DNA of 64,000 nt from Octopus sinensis. Its lineage: Eukaryota. The position numbers and the translations under genes are program-made. The DNA lies in assembly GCF_006345805.1 (NCBI RefSeq), contig NC_043002.1, positions 31,992,001 through 32,056,000 on the forward strand. The letters are read 5' to 3'. Below, in pieces: positions 38,932-51,353 of this stretch. The first letter of the stretch is position 1; each line of letters begins with the position of its first letter. A model generated the notes under the pieces. That model did not search any database. It saw only the letters and a program-made list of their open reading frames with translations, and had not been told where the DNA came from.

Positions 38932-39372
38932 GTTTCTTTATTGGCCACACAGGGCTGCACACAGATGGGACAAGTTACAAGGTAGAGCTTTTCTTTTGGG
39001 GTATGAAGAGAACAAAAGAAAAAAAGGAGGGTGGCGTAGGTTTTCGATCAAGAGGGATCGTAAAGGGGAAGAAAAGAACAAAAACAACAAAAAAAATGAA
39101 TAAAATAAAAAGAATAAAAAGAAAAAAAAAGAAAAGGAAAAGGAACAAAAGGAAAGAGAAATGAAAAAAGAAGAAAAAAGGGGAAAAAAAGGGGAAGAAG
39201 AAAAAAAAGAACGATCAATAGGGATCGTGTATCACAGTGTTATGATATATGGTGTAAAGGGGGAAGCAAGTAAGGTTTATCCGTGGGAAGAAAAGCCTAC
39301 GAAAAAGACCACGGTAACCTTGGTCAATATTGTTATATGTTACCACATTTGTTTGCAAGTGGGTAACCCTCT

Positions 39373-39373
<1 letters not shown>
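38931..39373 (-). mobile_element. Tx1-like LINE 3' UTR fragment, copy 1, inside (GATA)n
   Basis: Near-identical to 39451-39905. It ends ...gccaataaagaaact then (TATC)n on the minus strand, with (GATA)n on both sides. Confidence 0.75.
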
Positions 39374-39450
<77 letters not shown>

Positions 39451-39451
<1 letters not shown>

Positions 39452-40123
39452 GTTTCTTTATTGGCCACACAGGGCTGCACACAGATGGGACAAGTTACAA
39501 GGTAGAGCTTTTCTTTTGGGGGATGAAAAAAACAAAAAGCAAAAGAAACAAAAAAAAGGGGTGGCGTAGGTTTTCGATCAAGAGGGATCGTAAAAGGGAA
39601 GAAAAGAACAAAAAAAGAAAGAAAGAAAGAAAAAAATAAAAAAGAAAAAAGAAAAAGAAAAAAAAAAGAAAAGGAAACGGAACAAAAGAAAAGAGAAATG
39701 AAAAAAGAAGAAAAAAGGGGGAAAAAAGGGGAAGAAGAAAAAAAAACGATCAATAGGGATCGTGTATCACAGTGTTATGATATATGGTGTAAAGGGGAAA
39801 GCAAGTAAGGTTTATCCGTGGGAAGAAAAGCCTACGAAAAAGACCACGGTAACCTTGGTCAATATTGTTATATGTTACCGCATTTGTTTGCAAGTGGGTA
39901 ACCCTCTGTTTTCAATTTCTGGGTTCATAGGATTATGCTTAAGGTCGCTTCGTCATTCATACGTGCCATCCTTGCTACGTTCACCCATCTTTTTTTAAAA
40001 CATTCGCTAGACAAAACTTGCCTCTCTACTCTCACTTTCCTTTTCAAGTGGTACTTGAAGAAGTTGATGAGAGATTGACCAGAGAGGAAAGTGTTTGTCT
40101 CCAATCCTTTCAGACGCGTCCAC

Positions 40124-40125
<2 letters not shown>
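39451..40125 (-). mobile_element. Tx1-like LINE 3' fragment, copy 2 (ORF2 C-terminus plus 3' UTR), inside (GATA)n
   Basis: The minus ORF 39925-40125 (WTRLKGLETNTFLSGQSLINFFKYHLKRKVRVERQVLSSECFKKRWVNVARM) resembles Tx1/L1-clade ORF2 C-termini. A T-rich 3' UTR with AATAAA follows, and (GATA)n lies on both sides. Confidence 0.7.
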
Positions 40126-40212
<87 letters not shown>

Positions 40213-40456
40213 ATTACGGATAAATGGATAGTTTATGTACGCTCAGTTGCTTACACATACATAGACAAACACAGATACGCTCACAACATGTACCTACAGG
40301 GACACAAACAGCATACAAACACAAACATATAGCGTAAATGTAAAATATTTAACTAATAACGTGAGTGTAGTAAAATTTATGCCTTAATTACACGCTGACC
40401 ACACATACATAGATGTGTAAAAATTCAGATTTTAAAAAAATTTTGATTTCCTTTAG

Positions 40457-40602
40457 AAGGGGTACTCGGATCAGCGTTGGCAATGTTATTGCGACGTTTA
40501 GTTATACCAGCCTCAGTACTAGTAGAAATTTCTTTGGAAGACCACCAAACCCGATTAGATATCATGGCGGTCGTCTTCTCGGCAAGCCATATTGGATATT
40601 GC
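40457..40602 (+). CDS. candidate isolated exon of an unknown host gene
   Basis: Acceptor ttttgatttcctttag and donor gtgagt. One frame (GVLGSALAMLLRRLVIPASVLVEISLEDHQTRLDIMAVVFSASHIGYC) is open across the exon and closed within 5 codons on either side. I recognise no protein family. Confidence 0.3.
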
Positions 40603-40839
40603 GTGAGTAAATTGTAAAGTGCAGCTCGTCATCTGTTTGGTCGCAGCTAAAATGTAGAAGAAATAAGACAATGCGCTTAAAGTTCACCTTTCTGACGATA
40701 CGTTCAATCTATTTTCTTTTGTAGTGTGATATATATATATATGCAGTCGTATATACCAACAAGCATATATACATACATGCATACATGAGTACATACTCCA
40801 ACAGACATACAAATATTATCACACATATACACTTATATA

Positions 40840-40889
<50 letters not shown>

Positions 40890-40985
40890 TATATTTACGA
40901 TGTACAGAAACTCAAAAGCGGAGCTTGTCAGAAGTGAAGTATTACAAGAAGGTCTAGGCCATAGTAAGCAGGTAGCAGCGCAGTC

Positions 40986-41160
40986 GCTCAAGGTGAAAGC
41001 AAACTAGAGCGACGCGACATCATTGGAGTTACTCGTAGGGATTACTAGGGTCTTGGTTCTACCTATTTCCAACAATGGAAGAAAGCAGACAAGAGGGAGA
41101 GGCGGGTTATGACCCAGGGAGCGGAGAGAAGAAAATCAAGAGAGAAGAAATTCATCATGC
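40986..41160 (+). mobile_element. HERO/NeSL-like (R2-group) LINE fragment
   Basis: AQGESKLERRDIIGVTRRDY*GLGSTYFQQWKKADKRERRVM resembles the post-RT segment (AESRL.H.DI.G...GR.GLG) of these elements. Confidence 0.55.
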
Positions 41161-41289
41161 AATGGATATATATCTATTGAACACCTAGTGAAAATAAGAT
41201 CCGGCGAGGCAACATGACAACAATCCTTTCTACTGAAAGTCCAATACCTGTATGTATTTATGTATACATGTATGTCTCTTCTATTTATT

Positions 41290-42390
41290 AAAAATTATTA
41301 TAATAAATCTGCCACTGAGGAGGGGGCCATCATAGATACAAGGTTCCACCATTGTGATGTAGGTAACACAGAAAAATTCACTTTTGAACTTGTGAAAAAT
41401 CTTGCATGTTTTTACTGTTCCACTCACAGATTGTACTTGTAATGTACAAACCAGCCGGTCACTTTCTCTTTCTGAAAACTCCAGTATATCCAGGTTCTCC
41501 TAAAAGCATTTACTAACAAAACCTACAGCTCCAATTATTATTGGTATGAATATGAATTCATTGTCTAAATATAGTAGCTGGATGTTTCGAAGCAGTTGTC
41601 CATAGATATCCACTTTTTCTTTAATTTTGAAAGAGATATTTATATCTGCATGGCATCTAACCTCTATGATGTTACGTACCTTTGCCTATCTGTCCCAAAC
41701 AGCAATATCCGGTTTGTTATGCTTACATTTGACAGAAGTTTTGATAGAAATATTCCGCCAGTATTCCATGAGTTGTTGTTTTCTAAGTTTATTTCAGGAC
41801 AGCGTTTTTTGCGGATGGCATCGTAAATTGTTTTATCAATAACCTCGTGCCGCATTGGGGGGTTTTAGGGAAGCTGCTTATCACATGCATATTTTCTTCC
41901 ACAGAAACATGACATAGCCTACACATGCGGTTGCACCTTAGGATTACAAGAGCGTCACTGTCTCTCTTGTTCACCAGGTACTTTGTGGTAATCTCGTGCT
42001 CCCGGATTGCAAACGCAAAGTCTTCAAAATTTGTGTACAAGTGAGGCTGCGCTTCGTGTCAGTTCTACTATCTTCTTCAAGCTTCCGGGCAACATACCCA
42101 TACATGGTCTTCTTAACTATGCTGAGTGCTTTCCTTCCAGGTCCCCTCTGAGGTAAGAGAGCCCAGCTCTTGTGGGGCTGTCTAGAAGATCATCAGGAAG
42201 AGAGTGCTTCTTGAGAGATTCACTGCCAACTCGTACAACGTTGCTCACTTCACTTTTCAGGACTGCATTAGTATATTTATTTTTGCTGCTGTTGTTTAGC
42301 AGGTGCTGCCTGGGTGATACCATACTGCATTCGAAGGCCGTCTGCACTATCCCAGGCCTCTACCACCTTCATTTCTTCTTAGGTAGAGCC
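41290..42390 (-). mobile_element. R4/Dong-type LINE 3' remnant
   Basis: RLYLRRNEGGRGL, FAFAIREHEITTKYL, CRLCHVSVEENMHVISS (CCHC-like), RHEVIDKTIY and a KPDIAVWDR-type RLE motif. (TATG)n lies at both flanks. Confidence 0.82.
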
Positions 42391-42467
42391 TAATAATAAA
42401 AATAAGCAAAATAATAAAAGAAGAATATATATATATATATGTATGTATGTATGTATACATATATATA

Positions 42468-42974
<507 letters not shown>

Positions 42975-43123
42975 TTAAACTATATGAAACGAAGGTATTT
43001 CTCTCCCATTTTTTAAATATGTTTTACACATATTTTCAACTCATAATTTTACAACGTGGTTTGTACTGATTCTCCTGTAGTTTTGCTCTTTATATATATA
43101 TATATATATATATAGATATATTT

Positions 43124-43255
43124 GAATGAGATAAAAAGCCAAGGCTGTGTATATTTTAGAATATTTATAAATAGAACATTTATAAATAGATTTATATTTT
43201 CTCTACTCATAAATGTTCTATAATATTCACAGCCTTGGTCTTTTTTATCGCATTC
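43124..43255. repeat. short foldback palindrome
   Basis: 43124-43176 is the approximate reverse complement of 43201-43255 (core ccaaggctgtg / cacagccttgg). Confidence 0.75.
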
Positions 43256-43418
43256 TGAAAAAACAGAAAATTATGTATACACATGCTGATATATGACCTA
43301 CGTTGTACTCTTTATTCGCATAATCACAGAACCTGGAGCTTAACTATGGTTTATCCATAGCACTTAATCAGCATTACCTGACACCTTTGGGCCTTATTGA
43401 CACCATTACCTCTCATAA

Positions 43419-43500
<82 letters not shown>

Positions 43501-43505
<5 letters not shown>

Positions 43506-44068
43506 TGGCGTCGGAAATTAATTAGCACTTCTCAAATTTCTACATTTTCTTAAATTTTCTTAATTTAATTAACTTATTATCAGAAACGAACTCGTTTTTA
43601 ATCAAAAATTTATTAAAACATATCCCAGCACACCACATAATTGTTATTAATCGTGAAATTTAGTCAATATCTTGTTGCTCCTCCTTTGGCAGAAATGACA
43701 GCTGCTACGCGGGTCGGCATTCTGTCTATGAGTGCCTGCAGGTACTGTGCAGGGATGGCCCCTCATGCAGCAAGAAGTACCCCAAACAGCTCGTGTCGGT
43801 TCCTGTATTGCTGCACATTCAAGTCCCTACCCAATCGACTCCAGAGGTTCTCAATAGGGTTCAGGTCAGGTGACTGGCCAGTACGTACTCCTCGCCACCA
43901 AAGAGGTATCCCGTACTATCTCAACGTACTTTGCTGCGTTGATGTTGCCTTCGACGGCTTAGAGCCGCCCAACACCACTGTAGCTGAACGCCCCTCACAC
44001 CATCAGACCACCCCCACCATGCTTCATGGTGAGCAAATCAAGGGTGCTAATTAATTTCTGACGATAGT

Positions 44069-44071
<3 letters not shown>
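43501..44071 (-). mobile_element. internally deleted Tc1 element with both TIRs (571 bp)
   Basis: TIRs cacactggcgtcggaaattaattagcac and gtgctaattaatttctgacgatagtgtt, with (TA)n flanks. The remnant reads KHGGGGLMV*GAFS, DLNPIENLWSR and MPTRVAAVISAKGGATRY. Confidence 0.88.
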
Positions 44072-44104
<33 letters not shown>

Positions 44105-44400
44105 GTCCCCTGCCTCATTCAGGATCACAACATATAACACTGCGACACGATTTCTTTTCCTCAACAGGAAATGTTTAGCATTGTCCCAAAATTGATGAAA
44201 GAGGAAAAGGATCCCATCACCTTCAAACGGAGTCTGGACAAATTTCTTCAAGAATACCAGGTAAGCCCTATACCTGGATACAACTCACTCAACAAGAACT
44301 CATTACTTAAATGGACCATGAATACCACAAAACTTGACTTAAATAGGATTTAGATAATCCTATCAGGTAGTGCTCTTAAATTAGATGGACCAATCCACTT
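44105..44400 (+). mobile_element. CR1/L2-group LINE 3' fragment
   Basis: TLRHDFFSST..FSIVPKLMKEEKDPITFKRSLDKFLQE..PGYNSLNKNSLLKW parallels the C-terminus of the 26153 element (GPRLFNILP..FK..LD..NSL). Confidence 0.65.
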
Positions 44401-44575
44401 ATCTAAGTTTTCTCTAAGTTTTATATATATATATACATTATATATATATATATAAATACATATACATATATATATATATACACGCACACATTTGTATTTA
44501 CATATCTAAGTTTATATATATGTGTATGTGTGCAAAGTAACAGTTTTAGAAAAAAAACATTATAGTACTTTGTAC

Positions 44576-44609
<34 letters not shown>

Positions 44610-44703
44610 AGTACAAAGTAAGATAGGGGTTATGAAAGTAACCCACTATGAGATATCAGTTATCCAATATGATGATCGAAATGAATTTGTTTCTCCATTT
44701 TCT

Positions 44704-44746
<43 letters not shown>

Positions 44747-44757
44747 ATTATATAATA

Positions 44758-44807
<50 letters not shown>

Positions 44808-44808
44808 T

Positions 44809-44852
<44 letters not shown>

Positions 44853-45639
44853 AATATATATATATGTAATATACGTACATATATGCATACATATAGACAC
44901 ACGCACAAACGCACACACACACACACACATACACATATACATACATACATACATACATACATACATACATACATTCATACCTTCATATCTGTTGTGTATA
45001 TGTGTGTGTGACTTTAAAAATTTTTCCTTATATTCTCGGATAAGTTTGTGATGTAGTAGCGTGCTATGTTTAAGACAAACTTTTGATTTCCTTCATACAA
45101 GTACAAGTTCTTTATTCTTTTGCCATTTCTTATCTTTTACTCGTGGCATAGATTGGAATTTTCCATAGAGATTGCGATAATTCCATAATCTCCATGTCAT
45201 GATATTCCTTAATTTTACCGAAATGCAAGTTATTCTTTGTGTCGTTGATATTCTGGTTGCTGGTGTTGTTATTAATGTCGCCGTTGTAAAGCTGTTGAAG
45301 TTGCTAATGCTGCTGTTGTTCGTGATGACGATGATGATGGTGTACTTAGAGATAGTGATGGTTTTTGATTTTGGGGATGAGGATGAGGAAGTTTTTAATA
45401 ATGTTGTTGATAATATTGTTTTCGCAGGTGACGAAGACAATGATGATGTTTGTGACGAACACTACAGCAAAGGCGATACACTGCAGATGACGACGACGGG
45501 GTAGCGGCGGCGGTGAAGATTCGGCAAGGAAGCTGGTGGTGTTTCTTATCGAAACGGAGGTGTTCGTCATCGAAATGGCGACGATGGTGGGTAACAGGGA
45601 CATAATTCTTGTTTACATCGCTGACGTCGATGTAAACAA

Positions 45640-45670
45640 TGACGACGACGATGATGATGATGATGATGAC

Positions 45671-45761
<91 letters not shown>

Positions 45762-45809
45762 GGTGGTGGTGGTTTTTGGTGATGGTGGTGGTGGTGATGA
45801 TGATGATGG

Positions 45810-45845
<36 letters not shown>

Positions 45846-46050
45846 CGACGATGATGGTGATAATGATGATGATGATGATGATAATGATGATGGTGATGGT
45901 CATGGTGATGACGATGATGGTGATGATGGTCATGGTGATGATGATGGGGATAATGGTGATGATGATGATGATGATGATGGTGGTGATAATTATGATGATG
46001 GTGATAATTATGATGATGGGGATGATGATGATGATGATGATGATAATGAG
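45640..46050. repeat. (GAT)n/(GGT)n compound microsatellite
   Basis: Directly visible. The poly-D, poly-M and poly-H ORFs are artefacts. Confidence 0.92.
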
Positions 46051-46773
46051 GATGGTGGTGGGGTGATGGTGGTAGTGGGGATGGAAATCCTAGTTGTAGT
46101 TGTGGTGGTACAATTAATGTTGAGTTGTTTTTATTGTTGCTGCTATATTTCTATTGGTTTTGTTACTTTTGCTCTTGTTCTGTAATTGTTGTTGTTGGTT
46201 TGTTTTGTTTGTTGGCGTTGCTGTTGTTATCTTTTTTTTTCTTTGTGTGTGTGTGCGCGTGATTGCGCGCGCGTACGTGCGTGTGTATGCGTGTGCGCGC
46301 GTGTGTATTGTGCTCTTTATTCTTTGACAGTACTCAGAATATTTTCGCAGATTATAAGACAAAACTAAGTGTTGAAAATTCTCGCTAATCCTCTCTTAAT
46401 CATTGATGTGTTAATGATAACTAAAAGTATCAAACACAGACACAAATGTATCAACACAGATCTGACTTTCAACGAATTTTCATTGGATCCGTAAAGAATC
46501 CAATAAATATGTCTCTATGCTATGTAAGGCTTCATGTAAATACACATGCAAACACCTTAAACTAATCAGGTGTAGTTTCCATTAGACTGGAGTGGTGGTG
46601 GTGGGCATGAAAAGAAATAACATACGAATGTGCCATACGACTTTCATATTCCTCGCTCTATTTTCTATGTTCACAACTAAAAGATATAAACTTTGCCTTC
46701 TCATATATTTTGTGTGTTTCTTTTTTGGATTTGGTTTATAAGATTCTTTATATGAGTTCGTGTGTTGAAGCAT

Positions 46774-46986
46774 ATTCTGTTGTGTCTGGGGAGTCATTTT
46801 CTTTTTGTGCCTTACAATATAACACACTCACCGGTAAAATTTCCACTTTTTTCTTCTTTTTATTTTCCTAAAAATTTCGTTGCGTCTTGCAGCCTTTTCA
46901 AAATTTTTGACTCTTGAATTTTAGCGGTGTGTGTGTTATATTATAAGGTACAAAAAGAAAATGACTCTCCCCAGACACAACAGAAT
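46774..46986. repeat. MITE-like element with ~68-bp inverted arms
   Basis: 46774-46841 versus 46917-46986: about 90% reverse-complement match by eye. Confidence 0.85.
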
Positions 46987-47448
46987 TAATGTGTGTTGCT
47001 CTTTAACAAATATATGTAACAAAATGCCCTTTCCTCATCTTTAAACTAGAGAGGAATTCTTTGGTAACTTGTTAAATTGTTTCTTCTTTTTTTTTTTTCA
47101 CCACGTATACATCCATTTGTTTTTGACAGTATGAATCCGAGGGTGAGTTATATCAGTGGTACAATTCTGGTAAAGATTCCTGTAGTGAACCATGAAAACC
47201 ATTTAGGCGTGTATTTTATCGATATTATCCAAGAGAATGGCAGAGTCCAACAAATAAAATATTTTATAGAAGAATGTTATAATTGACTGAAACGATTGTT
47301 GAATATAAACTAAATCGGTGACTTATATAGAAGAATATAGCTGTGTAGATCGAACATTGGATATCGATAATAGAATCCGAAATGTGATGGTATATAAAAA
47401 ATACCGTAAAATCATTATTAAAACACGTGAAGAAGTCTGGCGTCATCA

Positions 47449-47745
47449 AAACTGAATAACTACGACGATTTGAAGCGGGAAATACGACGTTTGTGTTCAA
47501 TGAGGACAGTAGACTTGATACCAGTAGTAATCGGTGCCCTTGGAAGTATCAGCACTCAACTATCAAAAAGATTGCTATAAATGCAAGGATAGAAGACCTG
47601 CAAAAATCATCATTGCTTGGAGCTGCAAGAATTATTTGCAGAATTCTTGAAGCATGACAGTAAGCAAGTGTCACTTAGACAGCTGACACTTTCCATCATA
47701 CAGAGCAACATAAGTTAAGAGTTTACATCATCTAATAATCACAAC
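47449..47745 (+). mobile_element. RLE-type (R4/NeSL group) LINE extreme 3' end
   Basis: KLNNYDDLKREIRRL...DLIPVVIGALG...LQKSSLLGAARII, followed by a short UTR and (CAC)n(TAA)n. Confidence 0.75.
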
Positions 47746-47776
47746 ATCACCACCACCACCACCACCACCACCACCA

Positions 47777-47853
<77 letters not shown>

Positions 47854-47854
47854 T

Positions 47855-48050
47855 TCTGATATAGGCACAAGGTCTGAAGTTTTGAGGGAGGGAGATTAGA
47901 TCTACCCTATTACGCAATTGATACTTCATTTATCGACCTCGAAAGGGTGAAAGGCAAGGTCGACCTCGGAGGATTTTGAACTCAGAACCGAGCAACGGGC
48001 GAAATACCGCGAAGTATTTCGCTCGGCATGCTAACGACCTACCCGCTCGC
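47855..48050 (-). mobile_element. SINE family B (B2 tail)
   Basis: Head, B-box-like gagttcaaaatcc and core gtcgaccttgcctttca. The tail runs into (ATT)n. Confidence 0.82.
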
Positions 48051-48494
48051 CGTCTCCATCCATTGAACAATGATACTGAAATGACTCTTTTGGTTGACCC
48101 TATACTGGTTGCTTGTGATCTAACTCTTTTGCTCACTAAAGATTAATGACCACAACTACAGGAACACACTAGTCATCGAAGACACCGAATTTTGCTTATT
48201 TAGCCAGCGCCTTTCTAGTGATGACCTTCATCTGTTTTAGTATATATTTTTTTATTAACGTGCAAAACACACTGGCCAGAGATTTTCGAGAGGACTGATG
48301 TCTCAGATTTCGCAGTATAAATTATAATTCCAGTGAACTTATGTAGTCAATGCTAAAGGTTACTTTGTGACGATCAGCATCATATCATGTCTTCTGTACA
48401 TACCAGTCGGCTGATTCCATACTCATCGTTTCTGATCACACTTCCAACCAGTTAGGCATGTCAATCCAGCTCATAAATGTTATAGAAAGAATAT

Positions 48495-48719
48495 ATATTT
48501 CTTTACTGCCCAGAAGGGGCTAAACATAGAGGGGACAAACAAGGACAGACGAAGGGATGAGTCGATTATATCGCCCCCGGTGCGAAACTGGTACTTTATT
48601 TATCGACCCCGAAAGGATGAAAGGCAAAGTTGACCTCGGCGGAATTTGAACTCAGAACGTAACGACAGACGAAATACCGCGAAGCATTTCGCCCGGCGCG
48701 CTAACGTGTCTGCCAGCTC
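48495..48719 (-). mobile_element. SINE family B (B1 tail)
   Basis: Near-complete monomer matching 13829-14055. Confidence 0.9.
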
Positions 48720-49543
48720 TATAGGAAAAAGTACAGGGGAATTCCAGAACATATGTTAAAATGCTTCGGTTTATCACTATTTACCCGAACTTAAACACAA
48801 GGGCATCTATACAGATAACAATCTGTCTCAAATTTCCGTTAAATCTCCAAATTACGTTCCATGACTCGGGGTCATATACCTTTTCACACAGCATGCTATC
48901 TTCTACTAACAACACAAGCCATGATTTCTATCGAAAACATCAGAGTGTAAATATTTGATCAACTGAGTTCCACCGAGGAGTGAAGTTACATTACTGTTTA
49001 AAGTTTTTAACTTCATCTTCCCAGGTTATCTTACTACATTTCAGCACTTCCGCAGTTTTTTTTTCTGACTTGAGCTTCTTGAGGCATACCTTCGTTCCCA
49101 GATATACATCGTATTTTCCTCGAAGTGTTGCTGCAGTCGATTTTAGGAGGCAAGTAAAGTATTTGGTCTATATCTCCAGGATACACTTCTCTACAGACAG
49201 AAAACCAGAAAAAAAAACCCAGATGAACTTATGACAGATAGCAGGTGTGGAGGGAAACTCCTTATGAAGTTAGCACAATACGCACAATACACACGCACGC
49301 ACTCACACACACACATACACACACACACACAAACATTTATATGATTCAATGTCAGTGATTTTGCAGTTGCAGTCGTGGATATGCGAAGGAACAAGTCACT
49401 GTTTATACATTATGCATATGTGTATGTGTACTAAGTGTTGTATACATATATATTTATACATATATATATATATATATACATATATAATACGTATATGTAT
49501 ATATATATATGTATGTATACATATACACATACACACACACACA

Positions 49544-49586
<43 letters not shown>

Positions 49587-50269
49587 TATATATACAAATA
49601 CATGCACACATGTACACCTATGTATGTACGTATGTTTGTGTAGGTCTCTACATATCTACGTATATTTACATAGGTATATATCAATGAATGTATGTATATA
49701 TGTGTACATGTGTGTTTATATATGTGCGTGTGTACATGTGTGTGAATGTGTGTATATATATATGTTTATGTGTGTGTGTATGTATAATTATCTCGTATGT
49801 ATTCTAACATTCTGGTGTATATAGCCTCTACAAGTTTAAGCAGATTGTCCTTTGACAGCCATTTCCTGCTCTTTGACCAATTTGTCATGTCGTCATTGTG
49901 GTCATGCAATGGGGGCCAGACGCAACAACATCCTAATCATCGTCATCATCATTATCGTCTTTTTTTGTCATCGTCCTCGTCATCACCATTGCTGTCATCG
50001 TCATCAAACCAAGTAGTATAGTTCCGACAGTTATCAAAATCACAATAGGAAAAGTAGCAACAGCAATAGTTTTAATAACTCCAACAATAACAATAATAAT
50101 AATAATAGCGTAAAATCCACAATAACATCAACAAGAGCAGCAAAAAGCAGTTACTTGTGTCCAAACAGCATTGTTAATATACAAACTTATATTTACAAAA
50201 GTGGTTAATAAACTAATTTATATTCACACAAAAAAATTTGGTGACAAGTCCAGCAATTTTAAACGGAGT

Positions 50270-50432
50270 TGCGAGTCGACTATATTGATCCTAGGGCTCA
50301 AACTTTACTTAATTTATCGTCTCCGAAAGGATAAAAAGCAAAGGTGACCTCAGTGGAGTTTAAACTCAGAATGTAAATAATCTGGAACAAATGTCCCTAT
50401 GCATTTTGTTCCAACGGTTCTACCAGTTCGTT
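50270..50432 (-). mobile_element. degenerate SINE family B
   Basis: aatttatcgtctccgaaaggataaaaagcaaaggtgacctcagtggagtttaaactcagaa. Confidence 0.7.
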
Positions 50433-50619
50433 GCCTTATTTATAATTATAAAGATAACAACATTTAGTAATCTACCAAGAAATTCCTAACTGGTCACTCA
50501 CTCTACAAAAATAACACTCAAATATTCTTTAAATTACATATTAGCCTATCATGGTTTTGGATGAAATAATGACACGTGTAGCCAGCGAGGAAGACTTTAA
50601 CTGAGCTATGCGTCCGCCG

Positions 50620-50729
50620 AGAGGTGTCAGAAAAGTTACCACAGTGATAACCGGCTTGTGGCGGCCAAGCGTTCGCAGCGACGTTGATTTCTGATCTTTC
50701 GATGTCGGCTCTTCCTATCATTGCGAAGC
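50620..50729 (+). pseudogene. 28S rRNA-derived fragment (domain V, peptidyl-transferase region)
   Basis: agaggtgtcagaaaagttaccacagtgataaccggcttgtggcggccaagcgttc...tcgatgtcggctcttcctatcattgcgaagc matches the highly conserved eukaryotic LSU rRNA segment, with roughly ten substitutions against the consensus I recall. The flanks are not rRNA. Confidence 0.93.
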
Positions 50730-51105
50730 TATATCTGACTCAAGCCACCCTCTGCTGCCTTAAATTCCTAGGTATACAATGGTCCTAGATACACCATATA
50801 GACGATACTATATATAGTCTTAAATACATTAAATAAATTGTATACAAGATATCATACAGTGGTAGATACAAAATATATAGTGATGTATGTGGTGGTATAT
50901 ATAAATATAGTGGAATATATAGATAAAGCGGAATATAGCGTGGTAGATACACAATATACGAGATATTAATATATCTATACGCAATATCTGGATGAAAGAC
51001 GGGATAGTCATTGTTAAGAAGCCTTTGAAAACAGTTTTTCTGAACCAAGTCTGACCTGAAGCAAAAAAACAAAACAAATAATAATGCACGTGTATCAACA
51101 TTATA

Positions 51106-51277
51106 GGCGCAGGAGTGGCTGTGTGGTGAGTAGCTTGCTTACCAACCACATGGTTCTGAGTTCAATCCCACAGCGTAGCACCTTGGGCAAGTTTCTTCCA
51201 CTATAGCCTCTAGCCGACCAAAACCTTGTGAGTAGATTTGGTAGAAGGAAACTGAAAGAAGCTCGTCGTATGTATAT

Positions 51278-51353
<76 letters not shown>

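Noticed and set aside
45709-46185. 158-aa poly-Met/poly-Asp ORF resembling an acidic biomineralisation protein
   Set aside because: It is a (GAT)n/(GGT)n microsatellite open in several frames on both strands, with no signal peptide or splice context.
48900-49200. Kinase-like or RT-like peptide on the minus strand (KVCLKKLKSEK, SVDQIFTL)
   Set aside because: Only scattered motifs are present. It is probably a very old RTE scrap, too weak to call.
50620-50729. Functional rRNA gene or rDNA unit
   Set aside because: Only 110 bp match, with substitutions at conserved positions and no flanking rDNA. It is kept as a derived fragment.
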